From Elusimicrobiota bacterium (GTDB lineage Bacteria; CG03; SLGR01; JBDRKX01): a stretch of DNA of 38,953 bases. The notes beneath the pieces were generated by a model that had not been told where the DNA came from, ran no database searches, and saw only the letters and a program-made list of their open reading frames with translations. The DNA is taken from NCBI GenBank assembly GCA_043813605.1, contig JBDRKX010000104.1:1-38953 (forward strand). Direction: 5' to 3'. Both the position numbers and the translations under genes were made by a program. Shown here in pieces: positions 35,579 to 38,953 of the stretch; within the stretch, counting starts at the first letter, position 1; the number at the start of each line of letters is the position of its first letter.

Positions 35579-36484
35579 ATGAATGAATATAAAAAAAGCG
35601 GTGTAGATGTTGAAAAAGCCGAGAACCTGGTAAAGGGACTTTCTGTAAAATTCCCCTCAATAGGAGGGTATGCCGGCGTGTTCCCTGTGGGGAACAATAA
35701 AATGGCGGCTACCTGTGACGGAGTCGGCACTAAGATCAGGCTTGCAGTGGAGTTCGACCGGCACGAAACCGTAGGGGAAGATCTTGTGGCAATGAGCATA
35801 AACGATCTTATTGCAGGCGGCGCCCAACCGCTATTTTTCCTTGACTATTTTTCGTGCGGCAGGCTCGATGAGGAGATCTTTAATAGAGTGCTCAAGGGCA
35901 TAGAGAACGGGCTGTCAAAATGCGATTGCGCGCTTATCGGCGGCGAAACAGCTGAGATGCCGGATATGTATAAAGACGGTGATTATGATCTCGCGGGATT
36001 TGCGTGCGGGTTAGTGAGAAAAGAATTTAACAAAAATACCATAAAAACAGGAGATCTTGTTATCGGTGTAGAGTCGAATGGCATACACAGTAACGGGTTC
36101 TCGCTTGTAAGAAAATTATTCAGCAAAGAGGATCTGTCGGAACATATAGATACTATTATGCGCCCGACAAGGATATATTCGGAATTTATATTTTCTGAAA
36201 CAGGGGAACCCCTGCTGATGGATATGATAAAAAGCATGGCCCATGTTACCGGCGGCGGCATAGAAAGAGCGCTAAAAAGGCTTCTTCCCGACGGTATCGG
36301 CATCGATATGGCGGATTTTGAAATACCTGAAATATACAAACTCATTGAGAAAAGGGGAATGACTGTAGAAGAGATGAAGAAAGTATTCAATGTGGGGTGG
36401 GGTATGCTTCTTGTAATTTCTCCTGAAGATGAAGAAAAACTCTTATCTATTGTTTCCGGCAGTAGAATAGGAAAAGTCAGGTAA
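35579..36484 (+). CDS. purM: AIR synthetase
   Basis: 301 aa; YKKSGVD, DGVGTK, PLFFLDY, GGETAEMP, SNGIHSNGFSL, HVTGGG, FNVG. Confidence 0.95.
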   Translation: MNEYKKSGVDVEKAENLVKGLSVKFPSIGGYAGVFPVGNNKMAATCDGVGTKIRLAVEFDRHETVGEDLVAMSINDLIAGGAQPLFFLDYFSCGRLDEEIFNRVLKGIENGLSKCDCALIGGETAEMPDMYKDGDYDLAGFACGLVRKEFNKNTIKTGDLVIGVESNGIHSNGFSLVRKLFSKEDLSEHIDTIMRPTRIYSEFIFSETGEPLLMDMIKSMAHVTGGGIERALKRLLPDGIGIDMADFEIPEIYKLIEKRGMTVEEMKKVFNVGWGMLLVISPEDEEKLLSIVSGSRIGKVR

Positions 36485-37083
36485 TGAGGATAGCGGTACT
36501 CGTTTCCGGGAGCGGGAGCAACCTTCAGGCGCTTATAGACGGATGCAGATCCGGGTATATACCCGGACAGATTGTCCTTGTCGTCTCCAGTAAACCGGAT
36601 GTATACGCGCTGGCGCGCGCGGCAAAAGAAAAGATAGATGCGGTTGTCATTGAAAAAAAGAATTATGAGGACGAAACAGCATTTACTGAAGATATGCTGA
36701 AGGCCCTGGATGACAAAAAAGTCGATCTTGTCTGTCTCGCCGGTTATCTATTAAGAATAGCCCCGGAGATAATCAATGCATACAGGAACAGGATAATCAA
36801 TATCCATCCGGCGCTTCTGCCTTCTTACGGCGGGAAAGGGATGTACGGTTTAAGGGTGCATGAGGCGGTCCTTGCCGGCGGTGATAAATACACCGGATGT
36901 ACCGTTCATTTCGTAGATGAGAAATATGACCATGGGACGATCATAATGCAGGAGAAAGTACCTGTACTGGAAGGCGATACCCCCGAGACCCTTGCTGAAA
37001 GGGTGCTTGAAGAAGAACATAAACTTTTCCCTAAAGCGGTACGGGCATTTGTATTAAAAGAAATAAAATGTAATATAGAATAA
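36484..37083 (+). CDS. purN: GAR transformylase
   Basis: 199 aa; SGSGSNLQA, LAGY, NIHPALLP, GCTVHFVD..YDHG. Confidence 0.96.
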   Translation: MRIAVLVSGSGSNLQALIDGCRSGYIPGQIVLVVSSKPDVYALARAAKEKIDAVVIEKKNYEDETAFTEDMLKALDDKKVDLVCLAGYLLRIAPEIINAYRNRIINIHPALLPSYGGKGMYGLRVHEAVLAGGDKYTGCTVHFVDEKYDHGTIIMQEKVPVLEGDTPETLAERVLEEEHKLFPKAVRAFVLKEIKCNIE

Positions 37084-37145
37084 AAATTTACGAGAAAATT
37101 AAGAGAACATCAGGAGAATACCAGGATAGATTTGGAGAATAAAAA

Positions 37146-38069
37146 ATGAAAAAGATACTTGTTACGGGCGGCGCGGGATTTATCGGGTCGCATATAGCGG
37201 ATAAACTTATTTCTGAAGGGCATGAAGTCATAATTATAGATAACCTGTCTACCGGGAACCGGGAGAATGTCAACAAAAAGTCCGAATTCCATGAGATGGA
37301 TATCAGGGACCCCAAAACAGCGGATATCTTCGTAAACCGGGATATAGATGCAGTATACCACCTGGCGGCTCAACTGGATGTGAGGAAATCTGTTGAAGAC
37401 CCTATTTATGATGCGGATGTGAATATATTAGGCGGCCTTAAACTCCTTCAGAACTGCGTGAAAAACGGGGTAAAAAGGTTTATTTTTGCTTCATCAGGCG
37501 GTGTCATGTACGGGGAATGTCCTGAAACTGCTCCGACTGAAGAAAAGAGCCCGTTTCCGCTCTGTCCCTACGGTGACAGTAAACTCGCACTGGAATACTA
37601 CCTGAATTTCTACAGGAAAAACTACGGCCTTGAATGTGTCGCTTTAAGGTTCGGTAATGTCTACGGCCCGCGGCAGGATCCCCACGGCGAGGCTGGAGTC
37701 GTAGCTATCTTTTCCGGCGCTATGCTGAAAGACACGAATGTTAAGATATTCGGTGACGGCGAGCAGCTGCGCGATTATGTCTATGTGGGCGACGTGGTCA
37801 CGGCAAATGTGGCGGCATTGGAAAAGGGCAGCGGCATATATAATATAGGTACCGGCGTGTCCAATTCGGTCAACGAGCTCTTTAATATACTCAAAGAGAT
37901 GACCGAATACAAAAAAGAACCGGAGTATTGTCCTATCAGGGGGGAAGAACTCATTATAAGCAGGCTGGATGTTTCCAGGGCATCCAGGGAACTCGGCTGG
38001 TCGGCAGAACTGGATTTCAAACAGGGACTGAAACATACTGTGGACTGGTTCTGGAATAAACTCGCCTGA
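37146..38069 (+). CDS. NAD-dependent nucleotide-sugar epimerase/dehydratase (UDP-glucose 4-epimerase-like)
   Basis: 307 aa; TGGAGFIGSH, HLAAQ, SSGG, YGDSK, NVYGPRQ, RDYVYV. Confidence 0.9.
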   Translation: MKKILVTGGAGFIGSHIADKLISEGHEVIIIDNLSTGNRENVNKKSEFHEMDIRDPKTADIFVNRDIDAVYHLAAQLDVRKSVEDPIYDADVNILGGLKLLQNCVKNGVKRFIFASSGGVMYGECPETAPTEEKSPFPLCPYGDSKLALEYYLNFYRKNYGLECVALRFGNVYGPRQDPHGEAGVVAIFSGAMLKDTNVKIFGDGEQLRDYVYVGDVVTANVAALEKGSGIYNIGTGVSNSVNELFNILKEMTEYKKEPEYCPIRGEELIISRLDVSRASRELGWSAELDFKQGLKHTVDWFWNKLA

Positions 38070-38127
38070 TAAGGTATACTTTAATTAATTGAGATTGGTA
38101 AAGTGGAATAGTAAAGGAGGTTTTTTG

Positions 38128-38679
38128 ATGAAAAAAGCAGCATTAATTGGATTATTGGTCATATCATTATGTGGCCAGAGCGTATTGGCAGTTCAGAAAC
38201 AGCATTCAATTACAACTAATGTGGGCTCTCTTGCCTTGGGATTGATTAATGTAGAAGGTAATTATGCATTAAAGGAAAATCTGAGTGCTACAGGCGGCTT
38301 GGGATTTTCTTCCTATGATTCAAGCGATTGGGATTACAGTTTATTGAATATCAATATCGGGCTAAGATATTACTGGACGAAAAAAGCTGTGAACGGGTGG
38401 TATATAAGTCCGTTTCTGGGGTTTACAAATATTAATGCAGAATATACAGAACCTATTACAGAGATTACTGCAGATGCAACTGCATCTTCGATCAATTATG
38501 GCGGGTTAGTCGGTTATCAGAGCATATGGAACAATGGAGTTACGTTCGATCTTGGTTTTGGAATGCAGATGATCACTATCCCTTCAATAGATGTTACTGT
38601 AGGCGGGACAACAAAAACCGGTGATGAGATTTCCGCAACCCTTCCTATTATTAAACTCAGTTTAGGATACGCATTCTAA
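38128..38679 (+). CDS. Small outer-membrane beta-barrel protein (DUF3575-like)
   Basis: ATG 38128 after AAGGAGG; signal peptide; alternating beta-strand pattern GLRYY, GWYISPF, GYQSIW; C-terminal LGYAF. Confidence 0.75.
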   Translation: MKKAALIGLLVISLCGQSVLAVQKQHSITTNVGSLALGLINVEGNYALKENLSATGGLGFSSYDSSDWDYSLLNINIGLRYYWTKKAVNGWYISPFLGFTNINAEYTEPITEITADATASSINYGGLVGYQSIWNNGVTFDLGFGMQMITIPSIDVTVGGTTKTGDEISATLPIIKLSLGYAF

Positions 38680-38705
38680 ATTATATCCAGAAACACGAGA
38701 GTACC

Positions 38706-38740
38706 AAAAATAACCCGTCATAATGACGGGTTATTTTTTT
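38706..38740 (+). terminator. Intrinsic (bidirectional-type) terminator
   Basis: Perfect 15-bp inverted repeat AAAAATAACCCGTCA-TAA-TGACGGGTTATTTTT with T-tract. Confidence 0.9.
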
Positions 38741-38953
38741 ATCAAAGCAGGCCGGCAAAAATGGAGCTGTTCTATTTAATGATATGCAATAGGAATGGGT
38801 ACTGTTCTTTTAAACCCACATTCCGCTTATTGAAGCGAGGCTATTTCAGAATTATCGAATTGCATATTATCGACGCTAAATATTACTTGTAACGCAAACG
38901 CCTTTTTTCAATTTCCGCCCGCAGAATTGACAGTTCCAGCTGATTGAGGGTGC

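Noticed and set aside
37084..37145. Repeated GAGAA/GGAGAATA motifs between purN and the epimerase
   Set aside because: Short, purine-rich and irregular; not distinguishable from composition bias
103..38036. Numerous antisense/alternate-frame ORFs (e.g. 1932-2684, 5336-6040, 14253-14855, 16142-16862, 22499-23119, 34446-35081)
   Set aside because: They overlap well-supported genes and have no motifs or RBS; shadow ORFs

Overview
Chromosomal window from a probably anaerobic, diderm bacterium (TonB-dependent receptor, outer-membrane barrel, class III RNR); the lineage cannot be fixed from sequence alone. The left third (215-12494) is a signalling region. It holds a complete non-flagellar, Frz/Wsp-like chemosensory operon (cheW-cheW-MCP-cheAY-cheB-dual receiver-cheR/TPR), a duplicated heptamer-palindrome element, and a divergent TonB-dependent receptor / orphan ABC-type substrate-binding protein pair. 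The rest is a ~24 kb nucleotide-metabolism supercluster. On the minus strand is pyrR-B-C-K-D-F-E, with a structured, terminator-containing leader and a PyrR lacking canonical RNA-binding residues. On the plus strand are thioredoxin-like/nrdG/nrdD, then guaB3-dcd-guaA-purS(x2)-purL-purQ-purF-purD-purE(class II)-purC-pit-DUF47-purM-purN, an NAD-dependent epimerase and a small OM barrel. No rRNA, tRNA, CRISPR array or transposase was seen. The best novelty candidates are a possible OM receptor -> periplasmic binding protein -> MCP trans-envelope signalling route, the non-canonical pyr leader RNA, and the repeat element at 8631-9038.
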